From: a bacterium
GTDB taxonomy: Bacteria > Bacillota > Clostridia > Lachnospirales > Lachnospiraceae
Direction: 5' to 3'
NCBI GenBank assembly: GCA_963641405.1
Contig: CAVICC010000002.1
Location: 6,002-70,001 of the forward strand
Length of the DNA stretch: 64,000 nt
The notes under the pieces were generated by a model. It made no database searches. It had not been told where the DNA came from and saw nothing but the letters and a program-made list of their open reading frames with translations. Every line of letters begins with the position of its first letter. Position 1 is the first letter of the stretch. Shown here in pieces: positions 1 to 10,817 of this stretch. A program made the position numbers and the translations under genes.

Positions 1-1017
1 TCCGATCCTGTGGTGATCTATAATCTCTAATATCTCTGCCTCGTCAATATTGGCTACCGCTTGTGATTTTTCATTGTGGTCAACCAGTATAACCTGTTTT
101 TTTCTGGCATTCATCAAATTTCTTCGTGAGAACATTCCTACATAGTTCTGGTTTTCGTCTAGAATAGGAAAATCTCTGTGTCTGATCTTTGATACCGTAT
201 CATGTACATCATCAACATAATCATCGAGCTCAAAATGAATCAGATTGTCCTTTGTCATAAACGATTTGATCGGCATACTCTGGTTTATAAGACGCGATGC
301 TGTAAATGTATCATAGGGTGTACTTATTACGACAACATCCTTGTTATTTGCTGCAGTTATTACATCCTTTGATACATCAAAACCGTTTGTCACTATAATA
401 CAGCTACAGTTTGCATCTATACATATTAGCTGTGACTCTTCCCGGTCTGATATGATGACAAGATCGTTTTCTTCAACATTTCCTTTCAGAGTTTCTGGAG
501 TGCCAGCTCCGACCACTACTTTTCCCTTAACAAAATATCCATGCTCATTTCCAGCAACAACTTTTCCGTCCAACGTCTCCATAATATTTCTATACTGTGT
601 ACGTGCTTTTGAGAGAATCGAATTGTCATAAACATCCATGTATGATTTTGCGATATCACTCGTTACAATAAGTCCCTCGAGCTTGTCCCTTTTGTTTACT
701 ACCGGAAGTGTAACTACGTTTAATATCTTCATCATCTCCCATGCTTTTTTCATGGAAAGATTGCTGCTGACACCCTCAGTTTTTCTGATATGGATGTCCT
801 TAATCTGTGTTCCTACATCCTTTAACAGTTCTGGTGTCTTAGCCTTAAAATAATCAAGCACAAATGCTGTCTCTGCATTGACACTGCCTGCTCTCATAGG
901 AATGTATTCCATAGTGTCATCAATTTGTGATTTAAGATTAGCATATGCAATAGCAGCACATATAGAATCTGTATCAGGATTTTTGTGTCCTACTACTCTT
1001 ACAATCTTTTTTGCCAT
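1..1017 (-). CDS. ppaC: Manganese-dependent inorganic pyrophosphatase (DHH family, CBS/DRTGG-containing); 3' end beyond the window
   Basis: Not in the ORF track. My translation from ATG at 1017 gives MAKKIVRVVGHKNPDTDSICAAIAYA (family II PPase GHxNPDTD motif) and later ...VILVDHNEKSQAV...EIIDHHRI (DHH motif). Confidence 0.92.
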   Translation of the reverse strand, partial: MAKKIVRVVGHKNPDTDSICAAIAYANLKSQIDDTMEYIPMRAGSVNAETAFVLDYFKAKTPELLKDVGTQIKDIHIRKTEGVSSNLSMKKAWEMMKILNVVTLPVVNKRDKLEGLIVTSDIAKSYMDVYDNSILSKARTQYRNIMETLDGKVVAGNEHGYFVKGKVVVGAGTPETLKGNVEENDLVIISDREESQLICIDANCSCIIVTNGFDVSKDVITAANNKDVVVISTPYDTFTASRLINQSMPIKSFMTKDNLIHFELDDYVDDVHDTVSKIRHRDFPILDENQNYVGMFSRRNLMNARKKQVILVDHNEKSQAVANIDEAEILEIIDHHRIG

Positions 1018-1170
1018 ACTTTTTCCTTTCTATGTATGTATCTCTACGATAAATTACAATTGTCGTTTCAGATTAAACAGATGTCACTAGTCAGGCCTAC
1101 AGTGTGACAAGCAACAAACAAGGTGCAATTCTTGATAAAAGAACTGCACCCTAATATATTCTATTAAATA

Positions 1171-2109
1171 TTAACCAAAGAACCCAAACATATACATTGC
1201 GATAGCTGCAAACCCAAATGTATTGATAATGGTAAGTATTGATGAGATCATCGCAAACGTCTTTGTAGTACTAACCTGTTTTTCAAGTTCTGATACTGTG
1301 TCGACTTTGTCTCCCATTACTTTGAAAAGGTCCTGGATATTCCTGAAACATTTGACATTCTCAGTATGTACTTTATCTGAAAGCTCAGCCTTTATGGCTA
1401 GAAGCTGATCATTCAATTCACCAAGGGACTGTAACATATGGGCATTTGCCTCATTTACTGCCGATGTAACTGCGGCTGTTCCTTCTTCTGCGATACGTCT
1501 TGTCTGTTCAAGTGTATCTGAAAATTCAAAATGCTGACCGATTCCAGATATCTCATTGCCAATAGACTGACTGACATTTCCAATCTGGCTGGACATTGAT
1601 CTGCCAAGATTATCAATATCACCGCTTACCGACTTGCTAAGACTGTCCATATTTGCATTCATAGAAGTCTCTATCTCAGCCATCTTCTCATGTACACTGG
1701 CTATTAGCACATCAATCTGCTTTGCTACCTGTGCCGTGATTCCATCTGCCTTTTCCTGACGTTCGTCAAGTATCTGCTGTAATTCTTCTGCTTTTGCCTC
1801 ACGCTCTTCTACTATATCAGAAAGCTCCTTTGCCTTTGACTCATTGGTATTGAGCATCTCCTGAAGACGCTTAGCTTTTTCCCTGAATTCATCTATCTGA
1901 GCAAGCAAAAAATCATCTTTGTTGGTATTATCTATGCTTACTGTCTTATCTACTTTCTGTAAATCATCTACTTTTTCATGCATCCTTCCACTTCGGTTTA
2001 CATCATCCCTGGCTATGCGTGATGCGGTATCTAATCTTCCTACCGGCCTATTTTCACCCGATCTGCCACTGTAAAACCGACTGGAGCGCCTATCCAATAT
2101 GCCTGCCAT
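1171..2109 (-). CDS. Hypothetical coiled-coil protein with C-terminal membrane anchor
   Basis: 312-aa ORF, GGAGG RBS, long heptad-rich region, hydrophobic C-terminus (FAMISSILTIINTFGFAAIAMYMFGFFG). Confidence 0.8.
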   Translation of the reverse strand: MAGILDRRSSRFYSGRSGENRPVGRLDTASRIARDDVNRSGRMHEKVDDLQKVDKTVSIDNTNKDDFLLAQIDEFREKAKRLQEMLNTNESKAKELSDIVEEREAKAEELQQILDERQEKADGITAQVAKQIDVLIASVHEKMAEIETSMNANMDSLSKSVSGDIDNLGRSMSSQIGNVSQSIGNEISGIGQHFEFSDTLEQTRRIAEEGTAAVTSAVNEANAHMLQSLGELNDQLLAIKAELSDKVHTENVKCFRNIQDLFKVMGDKVDTVSELEKQVSTTKTFAMISSILTIINTFGFAAIAMYMFGFFG

Positions 2110-2176
2110 TAATCTTCCTCCAATGGTATACCATTAACACGAATATTGTACCATTACAGTTTATTTTTGTAAATAG

Positions 2177-2209
2177 AAAATCCCACAGAGCCAAAGCCCT
2201 GTGGGATTT
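2177..2209 (-). terminator. Intrinsic terminator after nifJ
   Basis: Inverted repeat AAATCCCACAG/CTGTGGGATTT with a T run on the minus strand. Confidence 0.75.
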
Positions 2210-2272
2210 CTTTAACCGGATATTGTCCTAAAACAATATCACAGCCATTATATCTATACAGCGACTAACGAA

Positions 2273-5200
2273 TTAGTCCTCTCCGTATAATTTAACAAGC
2301 TTCTCAAGATGAGTGAAACGAGCCTTTGCAGCCTCCTCAGATTTAGCAAAGAGTTTCTCTGCTCTCTCAGGGAATGGCTTGATAAGACGTGTATAACGTG
2401 CCTCATTGTTAAGGAACTCCTGGTAAGATCCATCACCTGCTTTAGATGTAAGTGTGAATGGGTTCTTTCCTTCTGCCTTGAGTGCTGGGTTGAATGAGAA
2501 GAGGTTCCAGTAACCAGCTTTAACAGCCTTCTTCATCTCATCCTGGCAGTGGTTCATACCACCCTTAGCGATACCGTGAAGCTCGCAAGGTGCGTATCCA
2601 ATGATAAGTGATGGTCCTGGATAAGCCTCAGCCTCTGTGATAGCTTTAACAGCCTGTGCTGGGTTTGCTCCAAGAGCGATCTGTGCAACATATACATATC
2701 CGTAGCTCATAGCGATCTCAGAAAGTGATTTCTTGCTGATCTCTTTACCTGCTGCTGCGAACTGGCAAACCTCACCGATGTTTGAAGCTTTAGAAGCCTG
2801 TCCACCTGTATTAGAGTACATCTCTGTATCGAATACCATAACGTTTACGTTCTCACCAGAAGCAAGTACATGGTCTAATCCACCGAAACCGATATCATAT
2901 GCCCATCCGTCACCACCGAAGATCCATACAGATTTCTTTCCGAGGTAATCTTTCTTAGCAAGTACTTCTTTAGATTTCTCACATCCGGCTACTGCTGCCT
3001 TCTCTAACTCTGCAATAAGAGCTGTTGTTGGCTCAACATTTGCCTTTGTGTCATCCTTTGTCTCAAGGAATTTGTCTGCTGCTGCCTTGAACTCTGCTGA
3101 TGCTTTGTCTGATGCAGCGATCTCTTTAACAAGCTCGATAGCCTGCTCACGGAGATATCTCTGTCCAACTTCCATACCTAAACCATGCTCAGCATTATCC
3201 TCGAAGAGTGAGTTAGACCAAGCTGGTCCCTTCTTAGTATTGATATTTACTGTGTATGGTGATGTAGCTGCTGGGTTACCCCAGATAGAAGAACATCCTG
3301 TTGCGTTAGAGATATACATCTGCTCACCGAAGAGCTGTGTAATAAGTCTAGCATAAGATGTCTCAGCACATCCTGCACATGATCCTGAGAACTCAAGGAG
3401 TGGCTGGTTGAACTGTGAGCCCTTAGGTGTTGTATCAACCATTCCAGCATCTGTCTTCTTAGAAACGTTAGCTACTAAGTAATCGAATACAGGCTGCTCA
3501 GCTGACTGAGACTCCTGTGGTTTCATAGCGATAGCTGCTGTAGGACAAACTGTGATACACTCACCGCATCCCATACAGTCAAGTGGAGATACACTCATTG
3601 TATATTTGTAAGCGCCAGCCTTTGGTTTCATATCTGCAACCTTCATGTTGTCAGGAGCTGCTTTAACCTCGTCATCTGTAAGTAAGAATGGACGAATTGT
3701 AGCGTGGGAACATACGAATGCACAGTTGTTACACTGGATACATTTCTCTGCATCCCACTCAGGAACTGTAACGGCTGTTCCTCTCTTCTCGTAAGCAGAA
3801 GCACCTGTTACATACTGACCATCAGCGATATCCTTGAATGCTGATACTGGAAGGCTATCACCATCCATCTTAGCAATTGGATCAAGAAGCTCATTAACAA
3901 GCTTAACAACCTCTGGACGTCCTGTGCGCTCTGCCTTAGGAGCATCTGCCTCTGGATTCTTCCAAGAATCTGGAACTTCAACTTTATGTACAGCATCAAC
4001 ACCAGCGTCGATTGCTTTGTAGTTCATCTCTACTACTGCGTCACCCTTCTTTGAGTATGACTTCTTAGCAGCCTGTTTCATGAACTCAACAGCCTCATCG
4101 ATAGGCATTACATCTGCAAGCTTGAAGAATGCAGACTGAAGAATTGTATTTGTTCTCTTGCCCATTCCGATCTCGATAGCTTTGTCGATAGCGTTGATTG
4201 TGTAAAGCTGAATGTTGTTGTCAGCGATATATTTCTTAGCATCTGCATTGAGGTGATGAGATAACTCTTCATCAGACCACTGGCAGTTGATCATGAATAC
4301 TCCGCCTGGTTTTACATCCTGAACCATCTTCATGCCCTGGATAACATATGCAGGGTTGTGGCATGCTACGAAGTCTGCCTGGTTGATGTAGTATGGGCTT
4401 CTGATTGGGTTGTCACCAAATCTAAGATGAGAAATTGTAACACCACCAGTCTTCTTTGAATCATACTGGAAGTATGCCTGAATGTATTTGTCTGTGTGGT
4501 CACCGATGATCTTTGTAGAGTTCTTGTTAGCACCTACAGTACCATCTCCACCAAGTCCCCAGAACTTGCACTCTTTTGTACCAGGTGCAGATGTGATAGG
4601 AGCTGGCTTAACCTCTGGAAGTGAAAGATTTGTTACATCATCCACGATTCCAAGTGTAAATCTGTTCTTTGGAGCATCCTTCTCAAGCTCTGTATATACA
4701 GCGAATACTGATGAAGGTGGTGTATCCTTAGAACCTAATCCGTAACGTCCGCCTACTAATACAACATCGTTCATTCCTGCTTCACGAAGTGTTGTAGCAA
4801 CGTCTAAGTATAATGGCTCACCAAGTGATCCTGGCTCTTTTGTACGGTCTAATACAGCGATCTTCTTAGCTGTCTTTGGAATAGCATTAAGAAGAGCCTC
4901 TGAAGACCATGGACGGTAAAGACGTACTTTAACAAGTCCGACTTTCTCTCCTTTAGCTGTTAAGTAGTCGATTACTTCCTCAGCTACGTCGTTGATAGAA
5001 CCCATAGCGATGATTACACGCTCAGCGTCTGGTGCTCCGTAGTAGTTGAACAATTTGTAATCTGTACCAAGTTTGGCATTAACTTTGTCCATGTACTTCT
5101 CAACAACTGCTGGAAGCTCATCATAGAATGTGTTGCATGCCTCTCTATGCTGGAAGAAGATATCTCCGTTCTCGTGTGATCCACGAGCTGCTGGATGCTC

Positions 5201-5830
5201 TGGATTTAATGCGTGTGCTCTGAAATCAGCAACTGCATCCATTGGACACATCTCTTTGAGATCTTCATAATCCCACTTCTCGATCTTCTGGATCTCATGA
5301 GAAGTACGGAATCCGTCGAAGAAGTTGATGAATGGAACTTTTCCCTCAAGTGCTGCGCAGTGTGCAACTGGTGAAAGATCCATAACCTCCTGTGGATTTG
5401 TCTCACAAAGCATTGCGAAACCAGTCTGACGACAAGCATATACGTCACTGTGATCACCGAAGATGTTCAGTGCATGTGAAGATACAGTACGTGCTGATAC
5501 GTCAAATACGCAAGGAAGGTTCTCACCTGCGATTTTGTACATATTAGGGATCATAAGTAAGAGTCCCTGTGAAGCAGTAAATGTTGTAGTAAGTGCACCT
5601 GCTGCAAGAGATCCGTGAACTGTACCAGCGGCACCTGCCTCAGACTCCATCTCAACTACCTTTACAGTGCTTCCAAAAATGTTCTTCTGTCCTGCTGCTG
5701 ACCACTGATCAACTGAATCAGCCATTGGGCTAGAAGGTGTGATAGGATAGATTCCGGCAACCTCTGTGTAGGCATAAGCTACATGAGCTGCTGCGGTGTT
5801 TCCATCCATCGACTGTTTTGCTCTAGACAT
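2273..5830 (-). CDS. nifJ: Pyruvate:ferredoxin (flavodoxin) oxidoreductase
   Basis: 1185 aa; YPITPS, GLGGDGTVGANK, two CxxCxxCxxxC ferredoxin motifs, GGDGWAYDIG TPP-binding motif. Confidence 0.97.
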   Translation of the reverse strand: MSRAKQSMDGNTAAAHVAYAYTEVAGIYPITPSSPMADSVDQWSAAGQKNIFGSTVKVVEMESEAGAAGTVHGSLAAGALTTTFTASQGLLLMIPNMYKIAGENLPCVFDVSARTVSSHALNIFGDHSDVYACRQTGFAMLCETNPQEVMDLSPVAHCAALEGKVPFINFFDGFRTSHEIQKIEKWDYEDLKEMCPMDAVADFRAHALNPEHPAARGSHENGDIFFQHREACNTFYDELPAVVEKYMDKVNAKLGTDYKLFNYYGAPDAERVIIAMGSINDVAEEVIDYLTAKGEKVGLVKVRLYRPWSSEALLNAIPKTAKKIAVLDRTKEPGSLGEPLYLDVATTLREAGMNDVVLVGGRYGLGSKDTPPSSVFAVYTELEKDAPKNRFTLGIVDDVTNLSLPEVKPAPITSAPGTKECKFWGLGGDGTVGANKNSTKIIGDHTDKYIQAYFQYDSKKTGGVTISHLRFGDNPIRSPYYINQADFVACHNPAYVIQGMKMVQDVKPGGVFMINCQWSDEELSHHLNADAKKYIADNNIQLYTINAIDKAIEIGMGKRTNTILQSAFFKLADVMPIDEAVEFMKQAAKKSYSKKGDAVVEMNYKAIDAGVDAVHKVEVPDSWKNPEADAPKAERTGRPEVVKLVNELLDPIAKMDGDSLPVSAFKDIADGQYVTGASAYEKRGTAVTVPEWDAEKCIQCNNCAFVCSHATIRPFLLTDDEVKAAPDNMKVADMKPKAGAYKYTMSVSPLDCMGCGECITVCPTAAIAMKPQESQSAEQPVFDYLVANVSKKTDAGMVDTTPKGSQFNQPLLEFSGSCAGCAETSYARLITQLFGEQMYISNATGCSSIWGNPAATSPYTVNINTKKGPAWSNSLFEDNAEHGLGMEVGQRYLREQAIELVKEIAASDKASAEFKAAADKFLETKDDTKANVEPTTALIAELEKAAVAGCEKSKEVLAKKDYLGKKSVWIFGGDGWAYDIGFGGLDHVLASGENVNVMVFDTEMYSNTGGQASKASNIGEVCQFAAAGKEISKKSLSEIAMSYGYVYVAQIALGANPAQAVKAITEAEAYPGPSLIIGYAPCELHGIAKGGMNHCQDEMKKAVKAGYWNLFSFNPALKAEGKNPFTLTSKAGDGSYQEFLNNEARYTRLIKPFPERAEKLFAKSEEAAKARFTHLEKLVKLYGED

Positions 5831-6021
5831 GATATTTCCTCCTGTTTAAATAAATGTTCAATTTATAGACATGAATCAGAATGTCTCTAATAAATAATAT
5901 AAAATGTGCCTACCCAAAAATCAAGTTTTTTTAACCGTACATTCAACAAAAAATAGTATTTATCAGATTGCCTGTGTTCCTTAATACATAGGGATTTTTC
6001 TATAAAATGGAGATAAAACAC

Positions 6022-6049
6022 TTGCAAAATACAGATTATACGATACAAT
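6022..6049 (+). promoter_or_regulatory. Putative sigma-A promoter of the ABC-F gene
   Basis: TTGCAA-16 nt-TACAAT about 45 bp upstream of the ATG. Confidence 0.5.
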
Positions 6050-6094
6050 ATAAGGCGATATGTTTAAGGAAATATACCATAGAAAGGCAATAAA

Positions 6095-7735
6095 ATGATT
6101 AGTGCAAACAATATTACATTAAGAATTGGAAAAAAAGCTTTATTTGAAGACGTAAACATAAAATTTACAGAGGGCAACTGTTACGGTCTTATCGGTGCAA
6201 ACGGTGCCGGAAAATCAACATTTTTAAAGATCTTATCAGGACAGCTCGAGCCTACGAGCGGTGACATCGTCATCACTCCGGGACAGCGTCTTTCATTTTT
6301 ACAGCAGGACCACTTCAGGTATGATGAATTCACCGTACTTGACACCGTTATCATGGGAAACAAACGGCTCTATGATATTATGAAAGAAAAAGAAGCAATC
6401 TACATGAAGGAGGACTTCACAGACGAAGACGGTATCCGTGCCAGCGAGCTCGAGGCAGAGTTTGCAGACATGGACGGATGGAATGCAGAGTCTGATGCAG
6501 CAACACTCCTTAACGGACTTGGTGTGGCAACAGAGGATCACTACACTCTCATGGCTGATCTTCCTGGTGCATTAAAGGTCAAAGTACTCCTCGCGCAGGC
6601 ACTGTTCGGAAATCCTGACATCCTGCTCCTCGATGAGCCTACCAACCACCTTGATCTCGATGCTATCTCATGGCTTGAGGAATTCCTCATTAACTTTGAG
6701 AATACAGTCATCGTAGTATCCCATGACAGATACTTCCTCAACAAGGTATGTACCAACATCGCTGACATGGATTACGGAAAGATCCAGCTCTACGCAGGAA
6801 ACTATGATTTCTGGTATGAGTCAAGCCAGCTTATCGTTCGTCAGATGAAAGAGGCAAATAAAAAGAAAGAAGAAAAGATCAAAGAGCTGCAGGAATTTAT
6901 CCAGCGTTTCTCTGCCAATGCTTCAAAATCAAAGCAGGCTACATCAAGAAAACGTGCTCTTGAGAAAATCCAGCTTGATGAGATCCGTCCTTCAAGCCGT
7001 AAATACCCATACATCGATTTCCGTCCTGAGCGTGAGATCGGAAATGACGTACTTTTCGTCGAGGGTATCTCAAAAACTATTGATGGAGTAAAAGTATTAG
7101 ACAATATCTCATTTACAGTAAACCACGATGACAAGATCGCATTTGTCGGTGGAAATGAGCTTGCAAAAACTACTCTCTTTAAGATCCTTGCAGGGGAGAT
7201 GGAACCTGACGAAGGCTCTTACAAATGGGGTGTAACTACAAGCCAGTCATACTTCCCTAAGGACAACACAACAATCTTCGATACTGACGAGCTTATCGTA
7301 GACTGGCTCACACAGTACTCTGAGATCAAGGATGCCACATATGTACGTGGATTCCTCGGCCGTATGCTTTTTGCCGGTGAGGATGGAGTAAAGAAGATGA
7401 GAGTCCTTTCCGGAGGAGAAAAAGTACGTGTACTTCTCTCACGTATGATGATCATGGGAAGTAACGTTCTCATGTTCGACGAGCCTACCGATCATCTTGA
7501 TATGGAATCTATTACAGCTTTAAATAACGGAATGATCAAATTCCCAGGTGTTATACTCTTTGCCTGCCGTGACCACCAGGTAGTACAGACTACAGCAAAC
7601 CGTATCATCGAGTTCCTTCCAAACGGATCTATGATCGACAAGATCACTACATACGATGAATATCTTGAGAGCGATGAGATGGCACGTAAACGTCAGGTTT
7701 ACTCAATGTCTGAGGATGAGGAAAACGATAACTAA
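6095..7735 (+). CDS. ABC-F family ATP-binding protein (YbiT/YkpA-like translation factor)
   Basis: Two ABC domains (GANGAGKST, LLLDEPTNHLD, LSGGEK, DEPTDHLD), no TM segments, linker RFSANASKSKQATSRK. Confidence 0.92.
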   Translation: MISANNITLRIGKKALFEDVNIKFTEGNCYGLIGANGAGKSTFLKILSGQLEPTSGDIVITPGQRLSFLQQDHFRYDEFTVLDTVIMGNKRLYDIMKEKEAIYMKEDFTDEDGIRASELEAEFADMDGWNAESDAATLLNGLGVATEDHYTLMADLPGALKVKVLLAQALFGNPDILLLDEPTNHLDLDAISWLEEFLINFENTVIVVSHDRYFLNKVCTNIADMDYGKIQLYAGNYDFWYESSQLIVRQMKEANKKKEEKIKELQEFIQRFSANASKSKQATSRKRALEKIQLDEIRPSSRKYPYIDFRPEREIGNDVLFVEGISKTIDGVKVLDNISFTVNHDDKIAFVGGNELAKTTLFKILAGEMEPDEGSYKWGVTTSQSYFPKDNTTIFDTDELIVDWLTQYSEIKDATYVRGFLGRMLFAGEDGVKKMRVLSGGEKVRVLLSRMMIMGSNVLMFDEPTDHLDMESITALNNGMIKFPGVILFACRDHQVVQTTANRIIEFLPNGSMIDKITTYDEYLESDEMARKRQVYSMSEDEENDN

Positions 7736-7759
7736 TCTGCAATAACATGATCAATATTC

Positions 7760-7790
7760 AAAAAGCGCATCCCCGATGGATGCGCTTTTT
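7760..7790. terminator. Bidirectional intrinsic terminator
   Basis: AAAAAGCGCATCC-ccgat-GGATGCGCTTTTT between convergent genes. Confidence 0.85.
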
Positions 7791-7887
7791 ATGCTTTATA
7801 TTATTGATTATTAACATATATTATTCTGTTATGCAGTTATACCGCAAAGCCTCATGCTCCGCAATATAAATCAATAAGTCTCCATAA

Positions 7888-8616
7888 CTACAGAAAATAG
7901 TTGTAATTAGAGCCACTGCTGTAGGTATTGTTATATCTGCCGCTTGCGGAATATGTATTAGACTTCTCGGCCTCACTCTTTGCAGTATACTCAAGCATAG
8001 ATGCCTTTGTAGCCACACCATATGCATATGAGCCATTGCCACTAAACATTGATTTTACTTTTGTCTTGTCTGCTTTTTTGAAAATATCCTCATCAATAGA
8101 AAGCTTTCCCGTCTGCGAATCTACAGAAATACCGATCTTTGCCAGTGACTTTGCATTGACATTGGTATATGACTGCATAGACTCGAGATTCTTTGTGATC
8201 TTTGAAGTCTCTGACTTTGATGCTGCTGATACAAGATTGTTGTAATCATCAACAAATGCTGAAACCTCCTTGTAGGTGGCATCAGTATCGTCCTTGCTGC
8301 CATTCTTATACAGATCCTGTGCAGATTTTACAAGATCATCCGCCTCAGACTGAATCTTACTTAAAGTCTTTGTATCATCTTCTGATGTAGAGATAGATGA
8401 TTTGATTATAGATGATGCCTTTGAGTCCAGACTATCTGAATAATATGATTTTAACAGCTTTGAATAAGTACCTGACCTGATGCTGGAATATGTATTGATA
8501 TCAACATTTGAAAGGAAAGATGTCACACCTGACAGACTACCTGATGATCCACGGCTTCCAAAGCTTGAAAACAATGTCGATATGGATGATGAATCCCATG
8601 CATTAAATCCTACCAT
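7888..8616 (-). CDS. Ser-rich hypothetical protein, weak resemblance to flagellar cap FliD C-terminal region
   Basis: ORF 7888-8643; likely start ATG 8616 after AAGGAG. Segment FVDDYNNLV...LAKIGISVDSQTGKLSIDEDIFKKA resembles FliD_C-type sequence. Confidence 0.6.
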   Translation of the reverse strand: MVGFNAWDSSSISTLFSSFGSRGSSGSLSGVTSFLSNVDINTYSSIRSGTYSKLLKSYYSDSLDSKASSIIKSSISTSEDDTKTLSKIQSEADDLVKSAQDLYKNGSKDDTDATYKEVSAFVDDYNNLVSAASKSETSKITKNLESMQSYTNVNAKSLAKIGISVDSQTGKLSIDEDIFKKADKTKVKSMFSGNGSYAYGVATKASMLEYTAKSEAEKSNTYSASGRYNNTYSSGSNYNYFL

Positions 8617-8749
8617 AATATCACTCCTTTGATACGTATACAAATGTATTCCTTTACATTCCTGTCTAAAATATAGTATTTTTTCTAAAAAGTGTCAATA
8701 ATTTCCATCTATATCATCCAATTTTGCTCAAAGAAAATCATATGACATT

Positions 8750-9427
8750 TTATATGTTCTCTATCTGCCAGTCTATCGGTTCTACTCCGTGTGAGCTTAA
8801 GAAGTCATTCGCCTGACTAAAATGCCTGCATCCTAAGAAACCTCTGTAAGCCGAAAGTGGGCTTGGATGCGGTGCTTTTAATATCAGATGCTTCGGATTT
8901 GTAAGCATCGGTATCTTTGACTGTGCCGGACGTCCCCACAGCATATACACTATCGGTCTGTCCTGTTCATTTACAGCACGTATTATCGCATCGGTAAACT
9001 GTTCCCAGCCATGCCCCTGATGTGAATTTGCTTGATGTGCCCTTACAGTAAGCACTGTGTTAAGAAGCAATACTCCCTGATCTGCCCATTTTTTCAGATA
9101 TCCGTTATTTGGAATATCACAGCCGAGGTCATCCTGCAGCTCCTTGTAGATATTCTGCAATGACGGCGGTATCTCCTTCTGTGACGGCAGCACCGAAAAC
9201 GACAAGCCATGTGCCTGATTTACATTGTGATACGGATCCTGTCCGAGTATCAGCACTTTTACCTTATCAAGCGGTGTAAAATGCATCGCATTGAAAATAT
9301 CCTCTGCCGGTGGATATATCGCATGCGTTGAATATTCATCTTTTACGAAATTATAAAGATCTCTGTAGTACGGCTTTCTAAACTCAGCCCCTACAGCCTT
9401 TGCCCATTCTCCCTCTAACATGCTCAT
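8750..9427 (-). CDS. ung: Uracil-DNA glycosylase
   Basis: GQDPYH, LLLNTVLTV and HPSPLS motifs. Confidence 0.97.
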   Translation of the reverse strand: MSMLEGEWAKAVGAEFRKPYYRDLYNFVKDEYSTHAIYPPAEDIFNAMHFTPLDKVKVLILGQDPYHNVNQAHGLSFSVLPSQKEIPPSLQNIYKELQDDLGCDIPNNGYLKKWADQGVLLLNTVLTVRAHQANSHQGHGWEQFTDAIIRAVNEQDRPIVYMLWGRPAQSKIPMLTNPKHLILKAPHPSPLSAYRGFLGCRHFSQANDFLSSHGVEPIDWQIENI

Positions 9428-9438
9428 AGTTTAATCAC

Positions 9439-10200
9439 CTATCTTCTTACTGACACACCTTTGTCTGCCAGATAATTTTTCAAATCCATTATCTCAAGCT
9501 CTTTGTAATGGAAAAGTGATGCTGCAAGCGCTGCATCTGCTTTTCCGTCTGTCAGTGCCTCATAGAAGTGTTCCTTGTTGCCGGCTCCGCCTGATGCGAT
9601 GACAGGAACTGAAACATTCTCTGCAATAAGTCTTGTAAGCTCGATATCATATCCATCCTTTGTACCGTCACAGTCCATGCTTGTAAGAAGTATCTCTCCT
9701 GCTCCCATCTTGTCTGCCTTCATAGCCCACTCTATAGCATCAAGACCTGTATCTATACGGCCGCCATTCTTGTATACATTCCAGCCGCTGCCATCAACGC
9801 GCTTTCTTGCATCAATGGCTACCACAACACACTGACTGCCGAATTTGTCTGCGGCATCACTGATAAGCTGCGGTGTGTTGATGGCAGATGAATTTATCGA
9901 GATCTTGTCAGCTCCCTCGCGAAGAAGTGCCTTAAAATCATCAACTGTCCTTATTCCACCGCCTACGGTAAAGGGTATAAATACCTTTTCAGCAACTTTG
10001 CGCACCATATCCACTACAGTGTTTCTATTATCACTTGATGCTGTGATGTCAAGAAATACCACCTCATCAGCTCCTGCCTTGTCATATGCTGCTGCTATCT
10101 CAACAGGATCTCCGGCATCACGCAGATTAACAAAATTTATACCTTTTACAACACGCCCGTTATTTACATCCAGACATGGGATTATTCTCTTTGTAAACAT
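9439..10200 (-). CDS. hisF: Imidazole glycerol phosphate synthase, cyclase subunit
   Basis: [33 protein letters not shown]. Confidence 0.97.
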   Translation of the reverse strand: MFTKRIIPCLDVNNGRVVKGINFVNLRDAGDPVEIAAAYDKAGADEVVFLDITASSDNRNTVVDMVRKVAEKVFIPFTVGGGIRTVDDFKALLREGADKISINSSAINTPQLISDAADKFGSQCVVVAIDARKRVDGSGWNVYKNGGRIDTGLDAIEWAMKADKMGAGEILLTSMDCDGTKDGYDIELTRLIAENVSVPVIASGGAGNKEHFYEALTDGKADAALAASLFHYKELEIMDLKNYLADKGVSVRR

Positions 10201-10201
10201 C

Positions 10202-10816
10202 TTATTCCTCCCCTATCTTTGCAAAATTCTTAAGTATCGAAAGTCCAACCGTACTACTCTTTTCTGGATGGAACTGACATGCAAATATATTGCCTTTTTC
10301 CACCGATGCATGTATATATGTACTATATTCTGTAGTTGCCTTTACAATAGACTCGTCTGCTGCCTTTAGATAATAGGAATGTACAAAATATACATATGGG
10401 TTCTTTGGCAGCCCGTTAAACAGTCTGCCATTATTTTGCAGATCCAGTGAATTCCATCCAATGTGAGGTATCTTAAGACCCTCCTTATCAGGAATGCGCA
10501 GTATCTGTCCATCAAGTACACAAAGGCCCTCCACTCCCTGGCTCTCATCGCTTCCCTCAAAAAGAAGCTGAAGTCCTAAACATATTCCAAGAAATGGCTT
10601 ATCCACATCAGCCACTTCATGTATCACCTTGTCAAGCTCGTATTTCTTAAGCTGTTCCATGGCATCCCCGAAAGCTCCCACTCCCGGAAGTATCACCTTG
10701 TCAGCCTTTAAGATCTCGTGTCTGTCCCTTGTTATCTTACACTCCTGTCCTATTGCAAGAAGTGCTTTTTCCACGCTGCGCAAGTTGCCAGCTCCGTAGT
10801 CAATAATTGCGATCAT
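10202..10816 (-). CDS. hisH: Imidazole glycerol phosphate synthase, amidotransferase subunit
   Basis: [33 protein letters not shown]. Confidence 0.97.
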   Translation of the reverse strand: MIAIIDYGAGNLRSVEKALLAIGQECKITRDRHEILKADKVILPGVGAFGDAMEQLKKYELDKVIHEVADVDKPFLGICLGLQLLFEGSDESQGVEGLCVLDGQILRIPDKEGLKIPHIGWNSLDLQNNGRLFNGLPKNPYVYFVHSYYLKAADESIVKATTEYSTYIHASVEKGNIFACQFHPEKSSTVGLSILKNFAKIGEE

Positions 10817-10817
10817 A

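Noticed and set aside
6095..7735. ABC-F as an antibiotic-resistance factor
   Set aside because: Sequence fits the housekeeping YbiT/YkpA type; no leader peptide or mobile context.
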